64,000 nt of DNA from Octopus vulgaris (taxonomy: Eukaryota). The translations under genes and the position numbers were made by a program. The notes beneath the pieces were generated by a model that was not told the origin of the DNA, ran no database searches, and was given only the letters and a program-made list of their open reading frames with translations. Each line of letters starts with the position of its first letter. Positions within the stretch are counted from its first letter, which is position 1. Of the stretch, positions 39,895-52,676 are shown piece by piece. The stretch lies in assembly GCA_951406725.2 (NCBI GenBank), contig OX597830.1:13206001-13270000 (forward strand). Reading direction: 5' to 3'.

Positions 39895-40182
39895 TATATT
39901 AGAGCTATCGTCTTTGCGGGCAGTTATCTCCTAATCACTTGGATAATCTCTGACCACAGTTTTTCAATTTACCATATTACTTGTTAGTATATATATATAT
40001 ACTGGTATGTATATTGTACATACATATTTGTATATATATAATATACTAATTATTACATATATATTATATTCATTACATATGAGAGACCATATTTAGTGTG
40101 CAGAATGTTTCCCTGAAGTAGCCTCCCTCGGTCAACTCAATGAGTATCTGGTTTGTGGTTAATTTCTAACATATCTAACATA

Positions 40183-40353
40183 GGTGCAGGAGTGGCTGTG
40201 TGGTAAGTAGCTTGCTTACCAACCACATGGTTCCGGGTTCAGTCCCACTGCGTGGCACCTTGGGCAAGTGTCTTCTACTATAGGCTCGGGCCGACCAAAG
40301 TCTTGTGAGTGGATTTGGTAGACGGAAACTGAAAGAAGCCCGTCGTATATATG

Positions 40354-40385
<32 letters not shown>

Positions 40386-40600
40386 CATGTATGTTTGTGT
40401 GCCTTCTGTGTTTGTCCCATCCAACATCGCTTGACAACCGATGCTGGTGTGTTTATGTCCCCGTCACTTTGCGGTTCGGCAAAAGAGACCGATAGAATAA
40501 GTACTGGGCTTACAAAGAATAAGTCCCGGGGTTGAGTTGCTCGATTAAAGGCGGTGCTTCAGCATGGCCGCAGGCAAATGACTGAAACAAGTGAAAGAGT
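40183..40600 (+). mobile_element. SINE family A, full length
   Basis: Complete head to tail; probable TSD atatctaa at 40171-40178 and 40601-40608. Confidence 0.92.
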
Positions 40601-40734
40601 ATATCTAAACTGTTTATATTTATTTCAGTTGTTGATTTTGTTATATGCATCACAACTATTTACTTTCAATTTTTCTTTTCCAGTTACATCAGTTTAATTC
40701 TTAACTTATTTGCTTCAATTTTATTTCATTGTAG

Positions 40735-40785
40735 GCTATGCGGTTTCCACCAAAGTCATACAATAAAGATTTAGAATCTGCTGAG
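40735..40785 (+). CDS. PSMD3: PSMD3 penultimate coding exon, 17 aa
   Basis: tgtag|gct...gctgag|gtaagt; translates AMRFPPKSYNKDLESAE, identical to the human peptide as I recall it. Confidence 0.96.
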
Positions 40786-41188
40786 GTAAGTAATCTTATA
40801 TCATCAAAGAGACTATAATATATGTATTGTCTTGTTTTTTTATTTTCTATTCATTTCTCTTAATTTTCTCATTTTCATTTTCCTGCTTGCACATTGGAAT
40901 ATCTTTTTTTTTGCAGATTATTTTAATGGCTGGTCCTTTTAATTGTTTAGAGTAATTAACTATGAAATCAGTTGCTGAGTTTATTAGTTGAGGATTAAGA
41001 AGTTTTAAGATGAGTGAAAAGAACAATGTCACAATAATAAAATGTACAAATATTATAAAGCAATGGTTCCTGGCTTTTTCACTATCAAAGATCCCTTTAT
41101 TTAAATGAATTTTTCTATGGACCCTAGGTTTTTGAAAGATGTGCCAGTTCAATAAACTGATTTTATTTACTAACAAACTCTTTTTTCC

Positions 41189-41540
41189 TTGTATACTGTC
41201 AACATAACGTGACAGTCCCGTAAAGGGAATCACACCACTGCTATTTAGCCCTAGGAAGCATCGATGTTTCCTGTCGGCTTTGACATATTTCCTGTGTCCT
41301 TATGTTTACGAAGGGGAGACAAGCACCCACAACAGCTAGGCCTGCATCCAGAGACATGCATGTTTCTGGGTCTTGCTCATCATCAGTCTGGAGTAGCATG
41401 GCCTGCTGTAGGGAGTGCTTGTCTCCCCTTTGTACAGGAAATATATCAAAGCCGACAGGAAGCGTCGATGCTTCCTAGGGCTAAATAGCGGTGCTGTAAT
41501 TCCCTTTACGGGACTGTCACGTTAAGTTGACAGTATACAA
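41189..41540. mobile_element. 352-bp fold-back element with an apical hammerhead; family unknown
   Basis: Ends ttgtatactgtcaac / gttgacagtatacaa; arms pair along almost the full length (7 differences in the outer ~105 bp, one 12-nt indel); inserted in a hAT-like relic (~41061-41763). Confidence 0.8.
41347..41392 (-). ncRNA. Type I hammerhead ribozyme motif with intact catalytic core
   Basis: Minus strand: uccaga-CUGAUGA-ugag caaga ccca-GAAA-caugcaug-UC-ucugga. It has a 6-bp helix I, helix II with one A.C mismatch, palindromic helix III and a GUC site; predicted cut between 41353 and 41352. Confidence 0.85.
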
Positions 41541-41870
41541 CCACTCTATCGTTCCACCACCGCTCATATCTCTCTGAGATATTTAGAAATTTAATATTTC
41601 TAATCTTTTTTCCTTGTCCATCTCTCAAATGAAAGATAAACGTAATTGATTAATTATACATTTCATACAATAGTTTTCAAAATTTTTTTTAACACGGATC
41701 ACAGACACTCAGTGCTACCTTTTGGAACTCCCAGAAGTTCACGGATCTTGGATAAGATCACTGTTATACAGATTAGGGCATAGAACAAATTAGCTGCCTG
41801 GGTGTTTGGTATTAATACAATCATATTTTTGTGGTTTTATTTTTCACACTAAACTTGAATTGGTTCACTG

Positions 41871-41952
41871 ATTGTCTTTATATGTTTGGTACTCTAATTG
41901 TCTTTATAGGTTTGGTACTCTAATTGTCTTTATATGTTTGGTACTCTAATTG
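41871..41952. repeat. 26-bp tandem repeat x3
   Basis: attgtctttatatgtttggtactcta repeated three times. Confidence 0.92.
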
Positions 41953-42710
41953 CAGCTATTTTCTTGATACCACTTATCTTTCTTAAACTACCTGTAACCA
42001 TTTCACTGTCCATCATTTCTCCTGAGCTCTCTACCTTCATTTTACATTGATCACTCCCAGCTCCAGTCACCAGATTATCTCCCCTTCTCCATCAACATGC
42101 ATCTCTCCCTCTTGTCATGCACTATGCTTTCCTTCCTTCCTTCCTTTTGCAATCTATCCAACCATGTCATCTTTCTCTCTTTTCCTCTTTCTCACTTTTG
42201 CCCTGTCTATTGTATCATCATTAGTTTCTTGCTACACTTCATACCACCTTATTTCTGCACTGTCAGTCATCTCCTGCTCACCCCTACTCATGCATCATTG
42301 GTCATACCCCATCCCTTATCCATTATTTACTACATCCACCCATGCTAGCATGGAAAGTGGACGTTAAATGATGATGACATCTCATCTCTATGTTTATCAC
42401 CTGCTCTTTCTTGCCTCCCTTACTTATCCCCCAACACTTGTTCTCACCCGTTCATTCATTCCCCACCTCTCACTCTCCCATACACTCCTTGCAACCTCTC
42501 CTTGTCCACAGTCCATATTCTGCCCCCAGTTACTTTCACTCACCTTGTGCCATGAGGATCCACCTAGACACCTCTTTACCTCTTTTTAGCTCTACCCCAA
42601 TCACTTGCAAGCTGGGATTACCTCACTAATGCATGAAGAAAAGCACCCACTGGCCACTGCATAGTGGTTTGCATTTGAAAGGGCATTCACCCACAGAAAC
42701 CATTTGAAAG

Positions 42711-42941
42711 GCGGCGAGCTGGCAGAAACATTAGCATGCCGGGTGAAATACTTGGCGGTATTTTGTCTGCTGCTACGTTCTGAGTTCAAATTCTGCCGAG
42801 GTCGACTTTGCCTTTCATCCTTTCGGGGTCGATAAATTAAGTACCAGCTACGCACTGGGGCCCGATTTAATCGACTTAATCCCTTTGTCTGTTCTTGTTT
42901 GTCCCCTCTGTGTTTAGCCCATTGTGGGCAATAAAGAAATA
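42711..42941 (+). mobile_element. SINE family B with 16-bp TSD, nested in a family D SINE
   Basis: TSD agaaaccatttgaaag at 42695-42710 and 42942-42957; the host continues to the gatg tail at ~43055. Confidence 0.92.
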
Positions 42942-43659
42942 AGAAACCATTTGAAAGCTAACACTGAACTACAGTGTAGTCTTTTGATCTCTTGGATCCC
43001 ATCAACCATTTAGCCCATGTCAGCATGGAATATGGATGTTAAATGAAGATGATGTATCATTGTCAATATTTAATATCCTTTTTTCATGCTGGCATGGTAG
43101 GAGAGTTTGACAGGAACAAGGCATGCCAGAAAACTGTACCAAGCATAGTTTCTATGACTGGATGCCCTTCCTAATGCCAACCACTTTACAGAATGTGCTG
43201 GGTACTTTTTGTGTTGCACCAGCAGCAGTGAGGTCACCAAGTAACTTGCAGCTGGAGCAGTAGTGGGGAGGGACAGTGAAGGTGCCTTGCATTAAAAGAG
43301 GTATATGGCTATGTCGGATGGAGAGGGAGGGGAGAAAGATGGTGAAGATGTACGAGGGAGGAGGAGGCAGGGGCCATACACTCATGTTACACTGTGGTGT
43401 ATATGAGAGTTAGCTGAAAAGGTCATATGCTAACATACTCTCATCAAATGTGACTAAGGAACTTCATTCCTTGTTGAGATATTGCTTTCTGAAAGTCGTG
43501 AGACTTTGACTGCATATGTCTTGGTTTTTAAGTTGTGGCGCTTACGGCAGTCTGTCACTGAATGCCTCATATATAACTTGTTAATTGCTGGTAGGGACAC
43601 TGTATTTCATTAAACAATCATAATTTGTATGCATGTAATGTTCGAACACACATGCATGT

Positions 43660-43696
<37 letters not shown>

Positions 43697-43698
<2 letters not shown>

Positions 43699-44040
43699 AA
43701 GGTTGGCTGAAAAGTTCATAGGCTGACATAGACACTCCTCTGGAGTGTGACCAAATGAGGTTTATTTTACAGCATAGTCCCTTTGCAATCTCCACCCATT
43801 TCCCTTCAGTGTTGCTGCACTTGGATCCCATTGGTGAAGAAGCTTTCATCCTGTTGATCAAAAAAAGTCATCAACAGCAGATATGACATCATCATCATCA
43901 TCACTGTGATATTGCTTCACTGCCAAATGTTTTTGTCATGCTCAGGAAGAAATGGTAGTCCGATGGGGGTCAAATCAGGAGAATAGGGAGGGTGATGATC
44001 AACCAATTCAGAGACATATTCGTGCACAGCAGCAACTGAA
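43697..44040 (-). mobile_element. Mariner 3' end relic
   Basis: Minus strand PYSPDLTPSDYHF plus remnants of the ...KGDY.. C-terminus; TIR-like ggctgaaaagttcataggctgac. Confidence 0.72.
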
Positions 44041-44285
44041 GTGAATGACTTCTAATCCTGCCAAATATTATGAAGAAATGATAATTTCCCTTTTATTAAC
44101 TGAACTGTCTGCATGGAGGCGCCACATGTTGAAAGTGTTGGTTCTTTTGCATTTTGGAGTAAACTTTGCATAGAAAAATTGGAAAAGAGATTAGTGAGAA
44201 TATTATTTTACGAGTATCTAGACACTGGGTTGGAAATATCTAGTAAAGTGTATTGCACCAAAGTCCACTACTGAATATGTATATG

Positions 44286-44338
<53 letters not shown>

Positions 44339-44349
44339 TTGTATATATA

Positions 44350-44624
44350 TCACTGTGATCACTGTGACTGACCAGGCTATCAGATGTTGCTACACACCGC
44401 TGGTCACAATGCGTTAAGCGAGCAGGCCAACAGAAGAAAGGGTGAGAGAAAGTTGTGGCAAACGAGTACTGCAGGGATTGCCAACCCCCTCCCCTCCTGC
44501 CGGAGCCTCGTGGAGCTTTAGGTGTTTTTGCTCAATAAACACTCACAAAGCCCAGTCTGGGAATCGAAACCGCGATCCTACGACCGCGAGTCCGCTGCCC
44601 TCACCACTGGGCCATTGCGCCTCC
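44350..44624 (-). mobile_element. tRNA-derived SINE family E
   Basis: Minus strand ggaggcgcaaTGGCCCAGTGGtgagggcagcggactcgcggtcgtaggatcgcGGTTTCGATTCCC; (cacagtgat)n tail; TA-rich target. Confidence 0.82.
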
Positions 44625-44999
44625 ATATATGTATATATATATTTATTTATTTATACATACATGCACACACACATGACAGTCTTCCTCTGCTAAATCCATT
44701 TATGAGGCTCTGATGAGATAATTGCACAGTAGGTAAAGAGGGAATTTCATCTCTTATGCAAAATCTTCCTCAATTGAGACATGATGTGGTTGTAGCTAAG
44801 GGCATGGCTGTGTTGTTGAGGAGCTCGCTTCCCGATCATGTGGTCATGGATTCAGACCTACTGTGCACGTTTTAAATAACCCTGAATTGACCAAAACCTT
44901 GTGAGTGGATTTGGTAGACAAAAACTGGAAGAAGCCTGTTATACGTGTGTGTGTTTGTGTGTGTCTCCTTGTGATGGTTGTAAATGTTACTCATTGCTA

Positions 45000-45350
45000 G
45001 TCTTCTGTGAAAACCATGTCCGGCCATGAATAAATATTACTTTGCTTGGAAATAGGTGAAGGTTGGCAACAGGAAAGGCGTTCGTTAAGCTCTAGAAAAT
45101 CTGCTTCAGTAAATTTCATGCAAGCATGGAAAAACTGAATGTTACACAATGGTGATGATATTGATATGATCATCATCAACATTCAACATCCATTTTCCAT
45201 GCTGGCATTGGTTGGATGGCTTGACAGGAACTGGCAAGGGGTTGCACCAGGTTCCATAGTCTGTTTTGGCTTGGTTTCTATAGCTGGATACCCTTCCTAA
45301 CGCCAACCTCTTTACAGAGTGTAGTGGGTACTCTTTAAGTGGCACCTTCA
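45000..45350. mobile_element. Tail-to-tail family D-like SINE fragments
   Basis: gcatggaaaa..gttac..gatgat followed by catcatca..ttttccatgctggcat...cccttcctaacgccaacc. Confidence 0.65.
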
Positions 45351-45481
45351 TTTTAGGATCTTGATTTAAATATACAAGATGTATACATATGTATGTATGT
45401 ATCTATATCTCTGTGTGTATGTATGTATATATGTATGTATATATATATACACATACATACATATACATACAAACATACATT

Positions 45482-45522
<41 letters not shown>

Positions 45523-47979
45523 TTACCATCATCATCATCATTTAATCTATGAAGTTAATCTAAAATAGCTGTTTTACTGTAATGAATTTTAATATTATTA
45601 ACAATACTATGCATAATTGTATTAGGATATAAATGTCATATAATTTTTTTTTTTAGTTATGTCCACATACCTCAACTTCTCTTTTTCACTCTCTCTCTTT
45701 GCACCCCTTCTCTCTCTCCATCTCTCTCTCTCTCTCTCTACTCCTCTCACTCTCATTCTGCTCTTCTTGTTCAATTTCTCTGCACAAATATTGATATATA
45801 CATCATATACACTGACCTGGGGGCAACTGGAGAATATACAGAGTTAAACTTAATTTAGATACAAATAATAAAGGCCAAGTGAATAGTCTGATATATACAC
45901 AGTAAGCCTTGTATGTATTTGTAATTGTGTGTGTGTGTGTGTGTGTGTGTGTTAAAACTAATGAATTAGTTCATTAAGAATATAATTTTATTAGTTTGAT
46001 AGACAAATTTATGTGATGCCCTGAAGATGTTCTTCAATTCTATGATGCTTACTAAAATTTTACCTTTTTTTGACTTCTCTTTTGCTTCTCACAAAGTAAC
46101 TACAATCAAATGAAATTAATGCCAGTGTCATCCACTTTGAATTTTGCATAACATTAATGAAAAGAAATTAATTTTTAACATTGTTTTTACGTTTAGGTGT
46201 GATAGTTTTTTGTGTGACAAAATGTATTCTCGAGTAAGAGAAGATAGTTTCTGAAAATAGTTTAATTAGAAATTATTTCTTTCAGCTCACTATCAAGTGC
46301 AAAATTCTATTTAAAATCACACAATTTAATTATGGGATAAGTGCTTCTATCTGCAAGAATCTGCATGTGTGTGTGTGTGTGTGTGTGATTGAACATTAGG
46401 GTAAGGATTAAAATAAAATCAGTTAATATTTTAAGCAGTGAATAAAGGATATGGTTGTCACCTATGTTTTTAGTTATGTGCCAATGAAGCATTAAAAAAT
46501 ATCTAACCATCATTATTTGGTAATGTGATAATAAAGCCAGAAGTGATATTCAGATGAAAATGTTACCAGCACCTTTGTGTGTTAATAACTTCTAAGAAAT
46601 TATAAAACAATAATGAGAAAATAAAAACAAAGAACAAAGCATGGAAGGTGGGGGGGGGGGGGAGAAAAAACCCCCCGATAATTTTATTAAAATTCATAAT
46701 TGTGTGCATGCGTATGCACATGTTCGTATGTATACACGTATTCTTATGCCTGTGATGTGTTGCAGAAAGCAAATTATATTCTATTTTTTTGCTTTTCTCT
46801 TATTTCTTATTTTCCTGTCATTTTAATAGGGACACGTTATTCAATTTATTAGATGTCACAACATTTTTGTTAAGTAATGGAACGGAGGTGGGGGGGAAAG
46901 AAAAAAAAAAAAGGAGGAATCAAGATAGAGAAGAAAATTGTATTTACTAAGAGATATGTTGCAAAAAGAAATCATTTTCTATTTCGCATCTAAATTCACG
47001 CATCCCTTTATATGAAGTTTTATTTCCATTGTATATTGCATTATTTGAATAAAATAATGTGTAAGTTTTAGATATTTTATTTTTCTGTTCTAAACATATT
47101 GAAGGATGTGTAAAGAAAAATACAAATCACTAGTACAAAAGTATACGTGTAAAGGCATATATTTTATATGATCCATTTCAGTATATGTTTTATATTAGAT
47201 GGCTTCCAAGCTAGAAGGCAATCTTAATTAAAAAAGGGAAAAGAAAAATAGCTAGCTAGCTTAATAGCTATTTTGACAGAATATTCAAGTAATTAAAGTA
47301 AAAATTATATAGTGGCCATCACAGGTAAAAATATCTTACCTGTTTATACTTATGCTGTTATATTGGTCTATGATGTACTATGTGTACTGTTAGAAAGGTT
47401 TAACAAATAATTATTTGTTGAAGGAAACCTTGTAAATTGAAGTGGATGAAATATTTACTCCTTCCCTGACAAAAAGGTTTTGTTGTCACCACAGTCTTAA
47501 CTGAACTTCCAAGGCCTCTTTTGAATTTGTTTAGTTATCATTTGGACATGGATTCTCAAAGTAGCATTTGTTTTTTTATAGGTTATTCTATTTATAACTC
47601 TGGAATTGAAAATTGACTTTCCTTGAACAGTGTCTTCGTATCCAAGTGTGTTATATAGTTGTCTTTTTAAGGTTTCCTAAACAAAGATTATCCATAGTCT
47701 CTCAAGTTTATAAAACATAACTTGGAATATTGTCATTTAGTTCTTTTACTTAGGAAGTGTGGCAAAAGCTACAAATAGATTTTTGTCGACAACTATTTTC
47801 CTACGGAATATAATTTGGCATTCAGCTAATAGAAAAGCACAGTGGAGGAGTTTCCATATATTGCTGATCCTATTAGAAATAGCAGTTAAATCTACTCCGG
47901 ACCATATCCTTTCTTCTTGTAAAAGCGTATACATAGAAAATATAGTCATTGATGTACCCTAGAAAGGTCATGATATATT

Positions 47980-48191
47980 CTTTTCTACTCTAGGCACAAG
48001 ACCCAAAATTGTTGGAAAGAGGGCCAGTCGATTAGATTGACCCAGTACGCAACTGGTACTTAATTTATCATCCCCCAAAAGGATGAAAGGCATAGTTGAC
48101 TTTGATGGAATTTGAAATCAGAATGTAAAGGCAGGCGAAATACTACTAAGCATTTCATCCAGTGTGCTAACATTTCTGCCAGCTCGCTGCC
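47980..48191 (-). mobile_element. SINE family B with 17-bp TSD, interrupted at its 5' junction by a MITE
   Basis: TSD aaaggtcatgatatatt at 47963-47979 and 48417-48433. Confidence 0.88.
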
Positions 48192-48418
48192 TTAACCCTT
48201 TCGTTACCAACCTGGCTGAAACCACTCTGGCTCTGTAGTACAAATGCCTTGTTTTCATAAGTTTTAAATCAAAATCTTCCACCAACCTTAGTCAGAATTT
48301 ATGTTCCTAACACTAGCTTAATGATAACTAAGTTATTTTACTAAATTCTTTGTTATATTTAAAGTAATTGAAAGAAACACAGAGCATCTCAACAGAAATA
48401 CAGTAACGAAAGGGTTAA
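48192..48418 (+). mobile_element. piggyBac-type MITE family 1
   Basis: TTAA TSDs and perfect 12-bp TIRs. Confidence 0.93.
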
Positions 48419-50639
48419 AGGTCATGATATATTGGTATGGAACTAAAACAACACATAGCTAATTAAATTTTGCCGCTACTCCTCATGTCTTCGATTCCAA
48501 TCTCAGTAAAGTGATGACAAGGATATTTAAGGCTTCTAACGTAATAGATTATTTGGGTTGGCCATGGACAGTTTAAATGCTAAAGGATTAAACATATTAC
48601 TGTCAGTTCTCCCCCCCAACTCTATATTTGTTAGACAAAGTGTTTTCTCGTGAATTTCCCTGTTGTTTTCAAATTAGAAATTATATAACTAGATAAAGTT
48701 GAAAGGAGTTGTGGAAGAGAACGATGTAGAAAAATCAAGGCTGGAAAAATACATTCTTCATTGTGCTAAGGATGTTGAAACTTGTAAATAACGGTGGACT
48801 TTGATTAGGATATCTTTGATTTCCATTGTCACAGGCTAAATAAAGGATAAGGAATAATTTCAATTTTTTTTTTTTATTTATGGGAGATGGTATATTTAAG
48901 ATAAAATTCTATTATTTATTTATTTATTTATTTTTTGGGGGGGTTTTATCTTCATACATATTCATATAAAATATTATTTAAACAAAATCAAATAAATTGT
49001 TCATTATCTTTCTGCAGCAAATATTGATAAATAAAATTTCATTTCCAGACCAACCTCAACATTTTACTTCTCTTTTATTTATCACTTGAGCAATCTTTCA
49101 TTCTTACTGTAATCATATATTTAAAATATCTTCGGTTTTGCTTTATTTATGGGTGTAGGTTTTGTTTTTTTACATTTTCTTTTAAATGAAATTATTACAA
49201 TATAATTTATTTTGTTTTCAATTAAGTTAATTCTAAAAGTTTATTTAAAAATCTTGTAATTACTTTGTTAATTATAAATTGCCTGCACTTAAGTGGGCTT
49301 AAATCTGAAGGGGGATTTTTATTTTTAGTCCCATTTGTAGTTATATAATAAAGGATGTGAGGAAAATTGTAAAATATCTTTGTTTTACTCATGGGACTTA
49401 TCTACAACGGTTGTTTCCTGTTCTCAATATTTTGCTGTAATGAACAACATAAGAAATGTATTTAATATAATAAATATGCCTGTAGATGACTATTTAATGT
49501 GTAATAGGCCATTATGATGCATATTCTTCTTGATTTAAACTTGTATTTTATCTATGGAAGATGGATCTGAAAACATTGATTCTATCTTTAAAAAGGATGA
49601 TTTCAACAATGTTTATGTCTCTCAATGAGCTGCTGAGAATATAGATTGTATCGATGGGAATTCAAGTGTGAGCTTTGTTTTATGTTCTTTGAAAATAATG
49701 TGTTCTCATATTATTGTATATTTAATTCTATTCTTTAGATAGCTCATTTATTAATCAAACATTTTTGTACGTGTAAATTCTGAATTATAAGTTTTATTTT
49801 ATTGAATTTATAAAATTTTTATGCCTTCAGTTTCTTGATATTTCTTTTCTACTAGAAAACCACCAACTCCTTACCTTAGCAATTCTTATCCACTGCCACC
49901 ATTAGTGTCTTGTGTTGTTGCTGTGTATATTTCCAGGTTTTTAAATTTATTTCTTAATTGTCAAATAAAACTAAACTATGGATTACTTCAGTTCCTGATT
50001 TAAAATTATACTTTCTGTAACAATATGTTTCTCCTATTTGGGCCTCAAAATAAAGTAGTGTTTTAAATAAAAACAGAGAATGTGAGAATGGTGTATGTAC
50101 ATTTATATTAATTAGTAAGTTATTAACTGTGTATGTTGTATAGTTTTTAAATTGTATCATTTTTAAAGTTTCAGTTCTGGTTTATATTTAGTCCTCAAAA
50201 AACGGTACTAGTTACCAAGCCATACTTGCGCTTGAGTGACAGCTAAGCTTATTTATCTTATCTAGGGCCACCTTCAGTCATAGCTGACTATTAGCTTGTG
50301 CACTTAGGAAGTTCCTATTCAAATCACAGGAACTTTTGTAAAAGACTATCATTTGCCCATGCATACAAGTCACTTGTTACCGGTGTTGATACCCCTGAGA
50401 AAGGCAGGTTGATACAGCTTGGCATTGATGGCACCATAGGCATTGCTCTCAGAATGTAAAAGGCCAAAACATGACGCGAGGCATCTTGTCTGTCGTTCTA
50501 ACAGGTCGACCAATACATCACCCTGGATATTTTTTTATTGACCCTGGAAGCATTGAGTACACTTGAGAACTTTTGTGTTGAGAGTTTTATCCTGCCACTT
50601 TGTTTTCTTAGAATTTTTCTTAGTTGTTGGGGTGGGGAT

Positions 50640-51340
50640 GATGACTTGAGCTGTCTCTGCACTCATGTAGCCAACATGTGATGACATGCCATCACCAATG
50701 CAAACATTTTAGGACAATGTAATTTGTAAGATATTCAAAATTGCCGGCAATTTTCATCTCAGTCCTTCAGGAGGTACACACTGGGTGTAGTGTTAAGATA
50801 CAAACCAGTGATATGAGATAAGTCCATTGCTCATAACACTCACCAGCATGCCATCAGGAAATTGGTGCACCAGATACATGAAGATAGGTAGACAACCATA
50901 TTTGACTATGGTTTTCTGCAAACCGCCGTGTCACTGTGTTAAAGGTTTCAGAAAAGTCAACAAGGGTTATATATAAGCCCTGATTCTACTCTCTGTACTT
51001 CTCTTAGATGTCTATCCGTAAAGTTCATATCAGTAATGCTTCTTTCACAATGAAAGCCACATTTTCTGGCAGGAGATTGTTATTTGTGAGATTATGAGTG
51101 AAGGGATTCAGGAGTATTCTTGCCATGATTTTGCCAGCAGTTGACAAGAGGGAAATAGCTGTATGATGACTGTTACATATTTGTCTGTTCTTATATTGGT
51201 GAATGATTGTAGTATCCTTGTATTCATAGGGGATAGTGCCTGCTGATAACATTGAAGGAACTAAGTCAGTTTTTCAAAGATTGTTTCGCCATAGTTGGCC
51301 TATTATTTCAGCAGGGATTCAGTCAGCACTCACTGCTTTA
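50640..51340 (-). mobile_element. RTE-type LINE reverse transcriptase fragment, decayed
   Basis: IPYEYKDTTIIHQYKNRQICNSH..ISLLSTAGKIMARILLN...LLPEN matches the RT domain 1/2 pattern. Confidence 0.78.
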
Positions 51341-51600
51341 TTAAGAATGGTTCAGGTTTTGACAAAAGTGAGAGAGCTGAAAAGATGCTGAGCTACTGAC
51401 ATTGTGATATTTATGATGTTTGCCTATTAACAAATCGTGCACTTTTGAAGATAAGTGGAATAAAAACTCTCTTACAAATAAGAGGCAGGGATGGGAAGGA
51501 TATCCGGCTGTAAAAACAGTGCCTCAATAAAATGTATTTCAACCATCTGCATTGTCACAAATGTGTGGCAGTTTTAATTGTATTGCTGCAATTGTATTAC

Positions 51601-51990
51601 TGTGGTAAGTAGCTTGCTTACTAACCGCATGGTTCCGGGTTCAGTCCCACTGCATGGCACCTTGGGCAAGTGTCTTCTACTATAGCCTCGAGCCAACCAA
51701 AGCCTTGTGAGTGGATTTGGTAGATGGAAACTGAAAGAAGCCCGTCGTATGTATGTATGTATGTTTGTTGTATGTATGTATGTATGTGTCTGCGTTTGTC
51801 CTCCCAACATAGCTTGACAACCGATGCTGGTGTGTTTACGTCCCCGTACCTTAGCGGCTCAGCAAAAGAAACCAATAGAATAAGTACTAGGCTTACAAAG
51901 AATAAGTCCTGGGGTCGATTTTCTTGACTATAGGTGGTGCTCCAGCATGGCCACAGTCAAATGACTGAAACAAGTAAAAGAGTAAAAGAG
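51601..51990 (+). mobile_element. SINE family A
   Basis: Near-complete copy with aaaagagt tail. Confidence 0.9.
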
Positions 51991-52181
51991 TATATCAGTG
52001 ATTCAGCTGAAACAGTATGAATTGAGATTTGATTGTAACAGTTTTGATTATTAATAATGTACTGTGTGTTAAGATAGTGAGCTGGCAGAATCGTTAACAC
52101 CCCAGGGCAAAATGCTGAGCAGCATTTCATCCATCTTTATGTTCTGTGTTTAAATTCTGCCGATGTCAGTTTTGCCTTTCT

Positions 52182-52579
52182 GGATCTTTTTAGTTTGAAC
52201 GGCAGTTTTTAACATAATTTCTACGTATACTTCGTATACTGGTAGAATGTGTTTATAAAACATCTTTTTCTCTTGGCTTTATTGAGAAAATTCTATAGTT
52301 TGTAAGATATTTGTTGCTTTTTTTCTTCAATTTCTGCAATTTCAACCAATCACTGACGTCCATTGAGGTAAAAAAAACATTCTGTGCCGTATGAATATGT
52401 CCCTTGTTTAAGAAACAGATTGGGTTTATTTACATTTGTGAAGAAAAAAAGATACCCCACCCCTAACCCTAACCCTAAAACAGATTGAAATGCAATAGAT
52501 CGATACTAGGGTCATAATTATGGGTGACAATTTCATATGACACCGCTAGAAAAAACTGCCGTTCAAACCGAAAAGATCC
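52182..52579. mobile_element. MITE with ~28-bp GGATC TIRs and internal (CCCTAA)n, nested in a family B SINE
   Basis: ggatctttttagtttgaacggcagttttt / aaaaactgccgttcaaaccgaaaagatcc; imperfect 8-bp flanks gcctttct / gtcttttt. Superfamily uncertain. Confidence 0.82.
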
Positions 52580-52676
52580 GTCTTTTTTCCTATCTGGATT
52601 GGTAAAATAAGTACCAGCTGATCATTGACGTTGATGTAATTGATTTACTCCTTCCTCCGAAATTTTACTATGCATT

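Larger units (their letters stand above)
8071..40734 (+). other. PSMD3: 32,664-bp GT-AG intron of PSMD3
   Basis: The flanking exons join in frame to give the contiguous conserved peptide ...NSSVK|AMRFPP... Confidence 0.9.

Noticed and set aside
48695-48745. PSMD3 terminal exon (purine-rich, gaagagaacg); also gatggtgatgatgaa near 58627
   Set aside because: Translations do not match ERREREQQDLE...DDDD and there is no suitable acceptor.
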